Source: Nostoc sp. PCC 7120 = FACHB-418
Lineage (GTDB): Bacteria > Cyanobacteriota > Cyanobacteriia > Cyanobacteriales > Nostocaceae
Length of the DNA stretch: 32,000 nt
NCBI RefSeq assembly: GCF_000009705.1
Contig: NC_003272.1
Location: 3,780,001 to 3,812,000 of the forward strand
Direction of reading: 5' to 3'
Each line of letters opens with the position of its first letter. Position 1 is the first letter of the stretch. Below the pieces are notes generated by a model. It was given only the letters and a program-made list of their open reading frames with translations, was not told where the DNA came from and did not search any database. Positions 17,647 to 27,286 of the stretch are shown in pieces. Both the position numbers and the translations under genes were made by a program.

Positions 17647-17751
17647 ATGTTTAATTTTGTTCTGGCTACATTTTTGGTGAGTTTACTCACTGCATCTGGT
17701 TGGGCGGCGATCGCCTACCTATTTCCTCAGAATCATTCCCAAGATTCATGA
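17647..17751 (+). CDS. Unannotated small membrane protein, 34 aa (MFNFVLATFLVSLLTASGWAAIAYLFPQNHSQDS)
   Basis: ATG-to-TGA ORF below the track's length cut-off. It has one clear TM helix, contains a HIP1 site, and is followed 20 nt later by a strong intrinsic terminator. Confidence 0.45.
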   Translation: MFNFVLATFLVSLLTASGWAAIAYLFPQNHSQDS

Positions 17752-17770
17752 TCATCCATAACTCTTTTAC

Positions 17771-17801
17771 CCAAGCGTCAGTACATGACGCTTGCTTTTT
17801 T
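17771..17801 (+). terminator. Rho-independent terminator
   Basis: 9-bp stem caagcgtca / tgacgcttg, 5-nt loop gtaca, then cTTTTTTT. Confidence 0.8.
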
Positions 17802-18065
17802 TGATTTTAATTCCAATATGAGCATTAAATCAATTCGCAATAGCCTGCGGCGAGGCTAACGCCAACGCAATTCACAATTGCCTAGTGCTTTAGGGCTAGT
17901 ATTTGTACCCAGCGCTCATTTCATATTTTAACCCAATCCATTTCGTGAATAGGTATTTATATTTGCTGTTAATTTTTGATTTTTTTGCTATTAAATCCGT
18001 TGTGTAATTAATTCGACCAAGTTATTTTGGAGGAATAATCAAATTTGTTTCCCAGAGCCTTGATT

Positions 18066-18353
18066 ATGAATCAAATACAATTAACTCTATGGATTAGTTA
18101 CTTACTCATGACTTGCTATTTTTTTAGCAACTGGGTGAGATTTTCCCTGCGCCATCCTACGTCTTCCCCAGAAGATAAGTTTTTAACTCTTGTCATGTGT
18201 TTAATTACAACAGTTTTCTGGCCTTTAATTGTACCAGTGTCATTAATTGAAATCATTAAGCACAGAAAAATAGAGGTTAGCACTATCATTCCTGTCTTGT
18301 TAGCGATATTCGCTGTAACTATTTCTTACCTAATATCAGAGTTATCTACCTAA
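18066..18353 (+). CDS. Hypothetical membrane protein (about 95 aa, 3 predicted TM)
   Basis: ORF with hydrophobic segments. I prefer the ATG at 18066 over the TTG at 18045. No family recognised. Confidence 0.45.
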   Translation: MNQIQLTLWISYLLMTCYFFSNWVRFSLRHPTSSPEDKFLTLVMCLITTVFWPLIVPVSLIEIIKHRKIEVSTIIPVLLAIFAVTISYLISELST

Positions 18354-18473
18354 GCCAAGAATTTATCTGTAAGTTGCAACGCTGTTAAATTTCTTCACAT
18401 AGTTAGAAATATGAGCGTTAGCCTACGTATAAAATTTTACTCAATTATTAAAAATTAAACCAGAAGCGCTGAG

Positions 18474-18491
18474 TGTGACAATTTTGTCACA
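18474..18491. promoter_or_regulatory. Palindrome TGTGACA-attt-TGTCACA
   Basis: Read directly, 200 nt upstream of the hydrolase start codon. Confidence 0.4.
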
Positions 18492-18690
18492 ATTTAGGGA
18501 AATTTAGACAAAGTTTTTCAAAGTTACCCCTAGTTATAAATTAAACCTGAGATAATGAGGAGCTAGAGCAAGGATTGGCTGTTTAACTTGTGGTGCTGGA
18601 TGTGTCATTTATTTGTGAGCTAGTTTAATGCCATCCTTGTGGGTGGATATTTTTCAAAATTAATGACATCTACTACCTGTAAATAAGCTT

Positions 18691-20058
18691 ATGTCAGATG
18701 CAACTCCCAAAAATCCAGTTGTTATGCTCCACGGTTACTCTGATACGGGGAACTCTTTTCAAACGTGGATAAAAAAGTTTCAAGAAAATAATTATGATGT
18801 CAAGATTATTCATATTTGTAAATATGTATCCCTATCTAATGAGATTAACATTGAAGATATTGCTGAAGGACTAGATCAAGCTTTAGCGGAGAAATTAGGT
18901 AATAACAGAACCTTCGATGCGATCGTTCACTCAACTGGAATGTTGGTGATTCGTGCTTGGTTGGCGAAATACTCTAGCCAAGGTTATTATCGACTCCAGC
19001 ACTTGATTGGATTAGCACCAGCCACTTTTGGTTCTCCTATTGCCCACAAAGGCCGCAGTTTTTTAGGTGCGCTGTTTAAAGGAAACAGAGAGTGGGGGCC
19101 AGACTTTTTAGAAGCAGGAACTCGCATATTAGATGCGTTGGAATTAGGTAGTAAGTTCAGTTGGGATTTGGCGCATAAAGATTTACTAGGTGAAACCACA
19201 TTTTACGGTTCAGATAGTGATACACCTTTTGTATTTACCTTCTGTGGAACACAACAGTTCTTTCAATCATCATTAATAAATAACTTTCTTGGAAGAATCA
19301 CAAATAGAGTTGGTGTACCGCTTGATGGTACAGATGGTGTTGTCAGGTGGGCTGGATGTGAACTGAGAACACGTAAAATAACTATAGATTTTACTAAACA
19401 GCAACCTGAAGATAAATTATCTATCTCACCCTGGAAAAATAGTGGTATTGCCCATGCAGTGAGAGTTAAGGATCATAACCACGGCAGAATTATGGGTGAT
19501 CCTAGTTCAGACTTGGTAGAGTCAGTATTTCAGGCATTACAATTTACATCTGAACAAGATATTAATATTTGGCATCAGACAACTTTAAAGACCCTATCAC
19601 CAAATGATTCCGAGAATGCAGAATGGCAACAGTTTATCATTCGGGCGATAGATGATAATGATGAGCCAATCCCTGATTACTATATTGAATTGGCAACAGC
19701 ACAAAACAACCAATGGAAACGAATTGAAGATTTTGGTGTAGATGTTCACGTATATGCACAAGATAAGAGTCTACGCTGTTTTCATGTAGACATCACAAAG
19801 ACTAAAAATTTGCAAAATTTGCAGATACGTATTGTTGCGTCATCAAATTCAGAGTATGTGCGTTATACAGGATATGCTTCTAGTGCAGAAAATTTTGATT
19901 CTATTACCGATTTAGAGCTAGATATTTCTCATATTTTGCAGCAGAAAGAGATCAAATTTTTCTATCCATTTACCACAACGCTAGTGGAAATAAGACTTAA
20001 GCGACAAACAAGAAAACGATTATTGCAGTTTATGGCTTTCGCTGAATCAAAATTGTGA
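18691..20058 (+). CDS. Lipase-like alpha/beta hydrolase with a ~170-aa C-terminal domain of unknown function
   Basis: VVMLHGYSDTG (oxyanion region), nucleophile elbow VHSTG (AxSxG-like, as in small Bacillus-type lipases), and candidate Asp in GTDGVV and His in DHNHG. No signal peptide. Confidence 0.7.
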   Translation: MSDATPKNPVVMLHGYSDTGNSFQTWIKKFQENNYDVKIIHICKYVSLSNEINIEDIAEGLDQALAEKLGNNRTFDAIVHSTGMLVIRAWLAKYSSQGYYRLQHLIGLAPATFGSPIAHKGRSFLGALFKGNREWGPDFLEAGTRILDALELGSKFSWDLAHKDLLGETTFYGSDSDTPFVFTFCGTQQFFQSSLINNFLGRITNRVGVPLDGTDGVVRWAGCELRTRKITIDFTKQQPEDKLSISPWKNSGIAHAVRVKDHNHGRIMGDPSSDLVESVFQALQFTSEQDINIWHQTTLKTLSPNDSENAEWQQFIIRAIDDNDEPIPDYYIELATAQNNQWKRIEDFGVDVHVYAQDKSLRCFHVDITKTKNLQNLQIRIVASSNSEYVRYTGYASSAENFDSITDLELDISHILQQKEIKFFYPFTTTLVEIRLKRQTRKRLLQFMAFAESKL

Positions 20059-20070
20059 CATATCTCTTCC

Positions 20071-21417
20071 TTAAACAATCTTCCCGGCTTTACCAAACTC
20101 TCGCTTGATAGCGGCTTGCAAATCCTCTTGGTGAATCACGGTATCACCTCGCTTGAGGGTTTGCAGGCAGCAATACTGTACCACATTCATAATGTCGGCT
20201 CCACTCAGTTCATAGGTGGTTGCAAGTTCCCAGAGGTTGACTACCTCAGCTAGCTCGACCTGGAATGGAAAAGCCATTTGCCATATTTGCAATCGCTCTT
20301 TAGAACTGGGTAGGGGAAAATGAATTATTGCTTGAAAGCGACGGATAAAAGCGTCATCAATGTTGCTCTTGAAGTTAGAAGAGAGGATAACTAATCCATC
20401 GTAGTTTTCCACACGCTGTAATAGGTAACTAACTTCTTGGTTGGCGTATTTGTCGTGAGCATCACGCACATTTGTACGTTTGCTAAATAGAGCATCAGCC
20501 TCATCAAAGAATAAAATCCAATCTTTACTCTCAGCTTTAGCGAAGAGATTAGCCAAGTTTTTTTCGGTTTCACCAATAAACTTGGATACCACCATTGACA
20601 GGTCGATTTTGTAAACTTCTTTGTTTGTATACTTGCCTAGAAGACTAGCGGTGAGTGTTTTACCTGTACCAGGGGGGCCGTGAAATAAAGCCCGATAGCC
20701 TAGCTTAAGTTTTCTTTTCATTCCCCAATCATAAAGGATGGTGGAACCGTGGGTTATCCAGGCTTTGAGGTCATGAATCTGATCTAAGGTCTGTGTATTG
20801 AGTACTAAATCTTCCCATTCCATTTCTGTCGAGATGCGTTGAGCAGGAAAGTTGATACTGAATTGAGGGGAAGAAAAGTGACCTTGAGTAAACAAATCTA
20901 TATAGTCTTGGGTGATGATGAGTTTACCACTCATGAGAGGCTCACCATCGGCTGGTGGCTCTAGGTATAGCACTCGTTCACGGACAAACAGATGCTCATT
21001 ATGAAAGAGTTGCTGGAGACGAAAGCGATCGCTAAACTGATTTCCTGCCACTATAAATAGTATTGTCTCACCAGTGGGCAAAAATCCCCGATGGGACTTT
21101 CCCCGCCAACCGCCAATTTGGGGATAATCGCCTGCTTGCGGTAACTGGGAGGTGATGAGTTGATCAAAAAAATCTGCCTGTAAATGGGGTGCTAAGGCTA
21201 TCAACAGAGTCAGTTGTTCAGCAGTATTTAATTGATGCTTGCAGATAAATTGAGTTAGAGGTGTTTCTGCTGTTAATAAATCATGGGGTGGCTGAGGAAT
21301 GGTAATTGCTTGCTGTTCCTGATTGTGAAAAGATGAAGTGATCCGCCACTGAATCACCCTAGCAAGGTAATCAAGCGCATATTGCAGGGTTTGAGCATTT
21401 GCATCAAGCGTCATCAT
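20071..21417 (-). CDS. Classical-clade AAA+ ATPase with a ~230-aa N-terminal domain of unknown function
   Basis: Walker A GPPGTGKT, Walker B ILFFDEADALF, sensor-1 SSN and Arg finger region FIRRF. Confidence 0.85.
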   Translation of the reverse strand: MMTLDANAQTLQYALDYLARVIQWRITSSFHNQEQQAITIPQPPHDLLTAETPLTQFICKHQLNTAEQLTLLIALAPHLQADFFDQLITSQLPQAGDYPQIGGWRGKSHRGFLPTGETILFIVAGNQFSDRFRLQQLFHNEHLFVRERVLYLEPPADGEPLMSGKLIITQDYIDLFTQGHFSSPQFSINFPAQRISTEMEWEDLVLNTQTLDQIHDLKAWITHGSTILYDWGMKRKLKLGYRALFHGPPGTGKTLTASLLGKYTNKEVYKIDLSMVVSKFIGETEKNLANLFAKAESKDWILFFDEADALFSKRTNVRDAHDKYANQEVSYLLQRVENYDGLVILSSNFKSNIDDAFIRRFQAIIHFPLPSSKERLQIWQMAFPFQVELAEVVNLWELATTYELSGADIMNVVQYCCLQTLKRGDTVIHQEDLQAAIKREFGKAGKIV

Positions 21418-21613
21418 TTGATTTAGCCTAATTGAATGTTGATATTACTTCATAAAAAGTCTTACAAATTTACGTGTTTTGTGATTAGTGAATAAAATTG
21501 ACTGGGATATTTTTAGAAAATTTATGATCTGAAGTTTTAATCTAAATTTAGAAGTAAAATTTGCAATATGATAAACCCATGTTCTCATATTTAGGAGGAC
21601 AACATTAGCTTTT

Positions 21614-22120
21614 ATGCAAGAGTCTGTAGTTGAGCAAAATCAGAACTCCCAGAATAATATCATGCCAATTCTTTACAACAGGAATGATGCTTATGTGCAG
21701 ATCAATCCTGTGCAAGAGCAGGCGACACAATTATGGGAAACTCTCTCACAACAGGATACGGCTGTTGTTTACCAACAAGCCGTTGCGAAGACTTGGAAAC
21801 TGTTAAAACAGGCGATCGCTCTGATTGTCTTTTTATTTGTTTCCTTGGTTGCCCTGATATTTTGGATTTGGGGTATAGGTTTTCAAAGTGGTTTTCATTT
21901 TCGCAAATGGCTAGAAGTTAAACAGCCCAATGTGAATGAGGTAGTAGGTTTATTTCTAAAAATTCTGTTCTGGCCTTTAATACTAGCTTTTCAGTGGGCT
22001 AACTCGTTTGTCAAAAAATATTTGGGTTGGGAAGTTCAATTTGACCTCTCAAGCTCAGAAACCACCCCAGAGACAACTGGAGAAACGTCTACTCCTCCGA
22101 AAGATTCATTAACAAATTAG
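21614..22120 (+). CDS. Hypothetical membrane protein (168 aa) with a Thr/Pro/Glu-rich tail
   Basis: ORF with two or three hydrophobic helices, contains a HIP1 site. No family recognised. Confidence 0.5.
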   Translation: MQESVVEQNQNSQNNIMPILYNRNDAYVQINPVQEQATQLWETLSQQDTAVVYQQAVAKTWKLLKQAIALIVFLFVSLVALIFWIWGIGFQSGFHFRKWLEVKQPNVNEVVGLFLKILFWPLILAFQWANSFVKKYLGWEVQFDLSSSETTPETTGETSTPPKDSLTN

Positions 22121-22178
22121 GGAGACCGGGGATTGGGCGAAACTCTGGGAGTAAGTTCTCCCCCTGTCCCCCTCTGCC

Positions 22179-25100
22179 TCATCTATGACTAGTTGAGGGA
22201 ATTTTGTCATCATGGGCAGAATCTAGCGGTAGGTGTGGGGAATTGGGTCTAAAGCGATCGCGGATTTTACTAATCACGATGTACAGAATAGGCACAACAA
22301 ACAAACTCAATACAGTTGAGACAATCATTCCCCCCACCACGGCTGTACCGAGAGATTTTCTACTAGCTGCACCCGCGCCTATGGGATTGATTAATGGCCA
22401 GACACCAAGAATGAAAGATAGGGAAGTCATGAGAATAGGTCGCAACCTTTCTTGTGATGCTTGCACGGTGGCTTTGATAATTGGCAAACCCCCTTCGCGC
22501 AGTTGATTGGCAAATTCCACAATCAAAATGGCGTTTTTACTTGCCAAACCAATCAACATGACTAGACCTACTTGGCAAAATACGTCATTACTCAGACCCC
22601 GCAGCCACTGAGCCGATAAGGCTCCCAAAATAGCTAGGGGAACTGACAGCATAATAATTAATGGGTCAACGTAGTTCTCATATTGAGCTGCCAACACGAG
22701 AAAAACAAAGACTAAGCCTAGTCCAAAAATCAGGGGCGCTTGACCTCCTGATTCTTGTTCTTCCGCAGTTATCCCCGACCATTCGTAACCCATACTGGCG
22801 GGTAAAACTTCTTTTGCTAATTTTTCCATAGCTGTAGTTGCTTGACCAGAACTATAACCAGGCGCAGCCGCACCGTTGATGGTAATTGAACGGAATAGGT
22901 TGTAGTGGTTGATTGTTTGCGCTCCAGTCGCCGGAGTAATTGTCACTAGATTACTCAGGGAAATCATTTGATCGTTGGCAGAGCGGACATATAACTTACC
23001 AATATCCTCAGGGTTAGAACGGAATTGAGCATCTGCTTGTACGTAAACCCGGTAAGTTCTTTGTTGGAAATTAAAATCGTTGACGTACCTGGAACCCAAG
23101 TAAGATTGCAGAGTGTTAAATACTTCGTCTACATCAACTTGTAAAGCTTTGGCTTTGTTGCGGTCGATGTCAATTAACATCTGGGGTGTGTTAGCACTAA
23201 AAGTACTAAATACACCTTGTAAACCAGGAGTCTGATTACCGCGCATCATGATTTCTCCCATGACTTGCAGCAAATTTTCTAAGCCAGTGTTACCTGCTCT
23301 ATCTTGCAGTTCAAATTGAAAACCGCCGAAACTTCCTAAACCATCAATGGGTGGAGGACTAACGGGGAAAATTCTGGCTTCGGTGATGTTGGAGAAGACT
23401 CCTGCCAACTTACCAATAATTTCTGGTGCTGATTGTCCTGGTTGTTGGCGCTCATCCCAAGGCTGGAGAGTAGTAAAAATTACCCCACTGTTGGCACTGT
23501 TACCACTAAAACTAAAGCCACCAATGGCAAAAGTACCTGTAACTTCTGGCAATTTGAGGATTTCTTTTTCCACCTGAGCCATGACATTGCTGGTGTAGTT
23601 AAGAGAAACTCCTTCTGGCCCTTGGATGATCGTGATGAAATAGCCTTGGTCTTCTTCAGGAATAAATGCTGTGGGTACGCTGAGATAAACCCAGCCTGTT
23701 AAGGCTATAGAAGCGAGGAATAATAAGACAACGATCGCCCTAACCTTCACGAGAAAATTAAGCGATCGCTCATATCCCCGGCGCATCCAATCCAAAAACC
23801 TATTTACCTGGTGAAAAATCTTGCCTAACCAACCACGGGGGCGCTGTCCCCGACGTAGCAATAAGGCTGAAAGGGAAGGTGTGAGTGTCAGAGCCAAAAA
23901 GGTGGAGATGACCATCGAAAAGGCAATGGTCAGGGCAAACTGTTTATAAATCTGTCCTGTAGTACCTGGGAAGAAGGCAACGGGAACAAATACCGCCATC
24001 AACACTAAGGAAGTGGCAATTACAGCCCCAAATAGTTCCCGCATGGACTCGGATGCAGCCTGACGGGGTGACATTCCCTCTTGCTCAATTAACCGGGAGA
24101 TGTTTTCCACCACAATAATTGCATCGTCCACCACTAACCCCGTAGCTAATGTCAGACCAAACAAAGTTAAGGTGTTAATGGAAAATCCAAAAACCTTAAT
24201 AAAGGCAAAAGTCCCAATCAAAGTTAGGGGAATGGTAATTACCGGAATCAGGGTTGTACGCCAGTCCTGCAAGAAGATAAAAATTACCAAGACAACTAGA
24301 ATCAGCGCTTCTATCAATGTCTTGACCACTTCTGCAAGGGATTCCTCCACAAACAGGGTTGTATCAAACGCCACCTGATATTTCAACCCTGGAGGAAAGC
24401 TTTGCGCTAACCGAGCCATTTCGGTTTTCACTGCTTTGGATACTTCTAAGGCATTACTACCTGGGGTAGGGAATATCCCTATACCCACACCCTCATTACC
24501 TCGGAATCGCAGAAAAGAACTATAATTTTCCGCCCCTAATTCTGCCCGACCCACATCTTTGAGCTTGATGAGTGTGCCATCGCTTCCAGTCTTAATTACC
24601 ATGTCGGCAAATTCCGTTGCTTCGGAGAGTCTGCCGCGAGCCTGTAAGTCTATTTGATACATCTGGTCTGGTAGGGAAGGCTGCTGTCCGATTTGCCCCA
24701 CCCCTACCTGTATGTTTTGTTCGTTGATGGCATCAATCACATCTTGAGCCGTCAACTTGCGACTGGCTAGACGATTCGGGTCAAGCCACAATCGCATAGC
24801 ATAGCGCCGTTCACCAAAAATCCGCGCCTCGCCTACACCATCAAGCCTTTTCAGGGCATCTACTATATATTGGTCGGCGTAGTTACTTAAAAATACGGTG
24901 TTATATTCCTGTTGTTCGCTATACAGCCCCATCGCTAACAGGATATTGTTAGATTGTTTGCTGACTGTGACCCCAGTACGTTGTACAGCCTCTGGTAACT
25001 GGGGCTGGGCAATGGACACGCGGTTTTGGACATCAACGGCGGCAATATCTTTGTCCCGTGATGGGTCAAAGGTGATGGTAATAGTGCTAGTACCATCGTT

Positions 25101-25352
25101 ACTACTGCTAGATGTCATGTACTTCATACCTTGAACGCCATTGATTTGGCGCTCCAAGATATTTGTCACCGTATTTTCTACGACTTCCGCACTGGCTCCA
25201 GTATAGTTAGCATTAACAACAATTTGTGTGGGGCTAATTTCAGGATAGCGATCGGTAGGCAGCGTAGGTATACTGATTGCGCCTACTAGCAAAATGATAA
25301 TGGCGCAGACACTTGTAAATACAGGTCGCCTGATAAAGAAGTCAACAAACAT
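22179..25352 (-). CDS. RND efflux transporter permease (AcrB/HAE1-like)
   Basis: 1057 aa with the typical N-terminus MFVDFFIRRPVFTSV, a 12-TM architecture with two large periplasmic loops, and the GLVVDDAIVVVEN-type motif (GLVVDDAIIVVEN). Confidence 0.95.
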   Translation of the reverse strand: MFVDFFIRRPVFTSVCAIIILLVGAISIPTLPTDRYPEISPTQIVVNANYTGASAEVVENTVTNILERQINGVQGMKYMTSSSSNDGTSTITITFDPSRDKDIAAVDVQNRVSIAQPQLPEAVQRTGVTVSKQSNNILLAMGLYSEQQEYNTVFLSNYADQYIVDALKRLDGVGEARIFGERRYAMRLWLDPNRLASRKLTAQDVIDAINEQNIQVGVGQIGQQPSLPDQMYQIDLQARGRLSEATEFADMVIKTGSDGTLIKLKDVGRAELGAENYSSFLRFRGNEGVGIGIFPTPGSNALEVSKAVKTEMARLAQSFPPGLKYQVAFDTTLFVEESLAEVVKTLIEALILVVLVIFIFLQDWRTTLIPVITIPLTLIGTFAFIKVFGFSINTLTLFGLTLATGLVVDDAIIVVENISRLIEQEGMSPRQAASESMRELFGAVIATSLVLMAVFVPVAFFPGTTGQIYKQFALTIAFSMVISTFLALTLTPSLSALLLRRGQRPRGWLGKIFHQVNRFLDWMRRGYERSLNFLVKVRAIVVLLFLASIALTGWVYLSVPTAFIPEEDQGYFITIIQGPEGVSLNYTSNVMAQVEKEILKLPEVTGTFAIGGFSFSGNSANSGVIFTTLQPWDERQQPGQSAPEIIGKLAGVFSNITEARIFPVSPPPIDGLGSFGGFQFELQDRAGNTGLENLLQVMGEIMMRGNQTPGLQGVFSTFSANTPQMLIDIDRNKAKALQVDVDEVFNTLQSYLGSRYVNDFNFQQRTYRVYVQADAQFRSNPEDIGKLYVRSANDQMISLSNLVTITPATGAQTINHYNLFRSITINGAAAPGYSSGQATTAMEKLAKEVLPASMGYEWSGITAEEQESGGQAPLIFGLGLVFVFLVLAAQYENYVDPLIIMLSVPLAILGALSAQWLRGLSNDVFCQVGLVMLIGLASKNAILIVEFANQLREGGLPIIKATVQASQERLRPILMTSLSFILGVWPLINPIGAGAASRKSLGTAVVGGMIVSTVLSLFVVPILYIVISKIRDRFRPNSPHLPLDSAHDDKIPSTSHR

Positions 25353-25353
25353 T

Positions 25354-25411
25354 GGGGAATGGGGATTAGGGATTAGGGAATGGGGATTAGGGATTAGGGA
25401 TTAGGGATTGG
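25354..25411. repeat. STRR-like array of eight tandem heptamers (GGGGAAT/GGGGATT/AGGGATT), followed by CCCAGTA CCTAGTA CCTAGTC at 25433-25456
   Basis: Read directly. It fills the 108-nt spacer between the adaptor stop and the permease start. Confidence 0.9.
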
Positions 25412-25460
25412 AAGTAAGATTTATCTTCTTCTCCCAGTACCTAGTACCTAGTCCCCGACA

Positions 25461-26780
25461 CTAAGATTCAGGAACAATAGGAACGCCATCACGGAGATTC
25501 AGCAGCCCTGAGGTGACAATTGTGTCTGTTGGCTGTAATCCCTTGATGATTTGGTAATTATTCCCTCTGATATCACCCAACTGCACGCGTTTTTGCCGTG
25601 CAACTAGTTGGGAGGTTCCTTGGGGCGTTTTTTCCGTTTGGGTTACATAGACAAAAGTTTCCCCGGCGATGCGTGTGACTGCTGTAATCGGAATTAAAAC
25701 GCCTGTACGTTGATTCCAAATAACTCTAGCTCTCACTAGCTGATCTGCCCTTAGTTGACCATTTGAGTTGTTATATAAGGCTTTTACCAGAATTGATTGG
25801 GTTTCGTTACTGGCATTAGGAGCAATGAAAAATACCCTACTAGTACCCAGTGTTTGACCTTGGGTGTTCATAATCTCTACAGGCATTCCCTGACGTAATT
25901 GGGGCCCTCGTTCTAGAGGTACAGAGATATTAACCTCCAAGGGTCGGTTTTGAGTAATGGTTAGTAGTGGTGTGGAACTATTGACAAAATCACCAATTTT
26001 AACGGGGATATTGCCGACAGTGCCTTCAAAGGGGGCAGTAATTCGATAGAACTGGAGTTGGACTTGTTGCTCGTCAGTATTAGCCTGGGCTTGCTGCACT
26101 GATTTTTGTGCTTGGGCGATACTAGCTTTTTGGGCTTGAATCCTAGATTCTATGGCGTTGAGATTGGCTCGTGCTGTAGCTAGTCTGTTGGCATACTGAT
26201 CTTTGGTTTGCCGAGATACAGCCCCTTGGTCAGCTAAAGAAGCATACCTGTCGTACTCTTGCTGATTCAATCGCACATCAGCAACATTAGATAATCTTTC
26301 CGCTTCTAAGGATTTGAGGGTAGCATTAGCGTTTTCTAGCTGTGCTTTGCTAGCTTGGGTGGCTGCATCGTTACTGATAACGGCTGCTTGTTGCTGTCTG
26401 GGGTCGATTTGAATCACGGCTGCACCAGAGGCGATCGCATCTCCCGATCTCACAAATATCTGGGTCACTTGACCCTGTACTCTTGGTTGGAGAGTGACGG
26501 AACGCCGTGACTCTAAGCTAGCCACAAAATCTGTGCTTTCTTCAATAGTGCCGACTTGTACTGGTGATGTTTTTACTCTTACGCCTGGCGGTTGAGCCTC
26601 AGCAGTGGCGGGTGGGCGATCGCTCGGAGTCAGTAACCGCCAAACTATCGCTGTTCCACCCCCTAATAAGAGGATGGCAGCCAACAATAACCTGAGCCAC
26701 CGCCGTTGTTTTGGTGGTGGCTCAGGGGGTTCCTGGGGAAGATTATCTCTAAAATCAGTTTGAGGCTCAGAGGATGACAT
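25461..26780 (-). CDS. RND efflux periplasmic adaptor (membrane fusion protein, HlyD/AcrA family)
   Basis: N-terminal TM anchor, long coiled-coil (Q/A-rich) hairpin, lipoyl and beta-barrel regions. It lies upstream of the permease on the same strand. Confidence 0.9.
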   Translation of the reverse strand: MSSSEPQTDFRDNLPQEPPEPPPKQRRWLRLLLAAILLLGGGTAIVWRLLTPSDRPPATAEAQPPGVRVKTSPVQVGTIEESTDFVASLESRRSVTLQPRVQGQVTQIFVRSGDAIASGAAVIQIDPRQQQAAVISNDAATQASKAQLENANATLKSLEAERLSNVADVRLNQQEYDRYASLADQGAVSRQTKDQYANRLATARANLNAIESRIQAQKASIAQAQKSVQQAQANTDEQQVQLQFYRITAPFEGTVGNIPVKIGDFVNSSTPLLTITQNRPLEVNISVPLERGPQLRQGMPVEIMNTQGQTLGTSRVFFIAPNASNETQSILVKALYNNSNGQLRADQLVRARVIWNQRTGVLIPITAVTRIAGETFVYVTQTEKTPQGTSQLVARQKRVQLGDIRGNNYQIIKGLQPTDTIVTSGLLNLRDGVPIVPES

Positions 26781-27286
26781 GGTTTACAGCGAACCTAAGA
26801 ACTAATTAACTAAACATTGTCACAAGGATAAATATGTAGGCCATGGAATTTACTTATTTAGCATGAGTCTCCATAAATAGCTTTGTGTTAGCTCACCCAA
26901 AATATACTGTTTTTATATTTTCGCCAATCTACCTAAAGGTGAATGATAAAGTCTAGTTTACAAATCAAGAGTATATCTTGTCTTTTCAATTATTGCTAAA
27001 ATTTTTCTAATCTTGCTTTCGAGATTCGATATTTTTCTGTAATTATTAATATAGAGGTTTCCTGATATTTGTTGATTTAGTTTGATTTATATAGATGAGT
27101 TTTTAATTATTATTTTTCCCGGTAAAACTAAATGTAGTTTACAAGATTAACCAATCAAATTATTTATCATAATTATTGGAATTGATGAGTATCGACCATT
27201 ACAAAATATCATATCTCCCTAACGCAACCAAGTTGTTTTTTTTCGGTGTAGTCTGCGCTTAAAAATATTTAATAGGATTGTTATGA

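Noticed and set aside
25354-25411. Tandem arrays at 5040, 12861, 13951, 16621, 17445 and 25354 considered as possible CRISPR or other spaced-repeat arrays.
   Set aside because: The periodicity is 7 nt with no spacers. These are classic cyanobacterial STRR-type heptamer repeats, not CRISPR.
26954-27143. 10-mer tagtttacaa repeated 180 nt apart upstream of the RND operon, as a possible TetR-type operator pair.
   Set aside because: A direct 10-mer repeat in very AT-rich DNA at this distance is within chance expectation. There is no dyad symmetry and no adjacent regulator gene.
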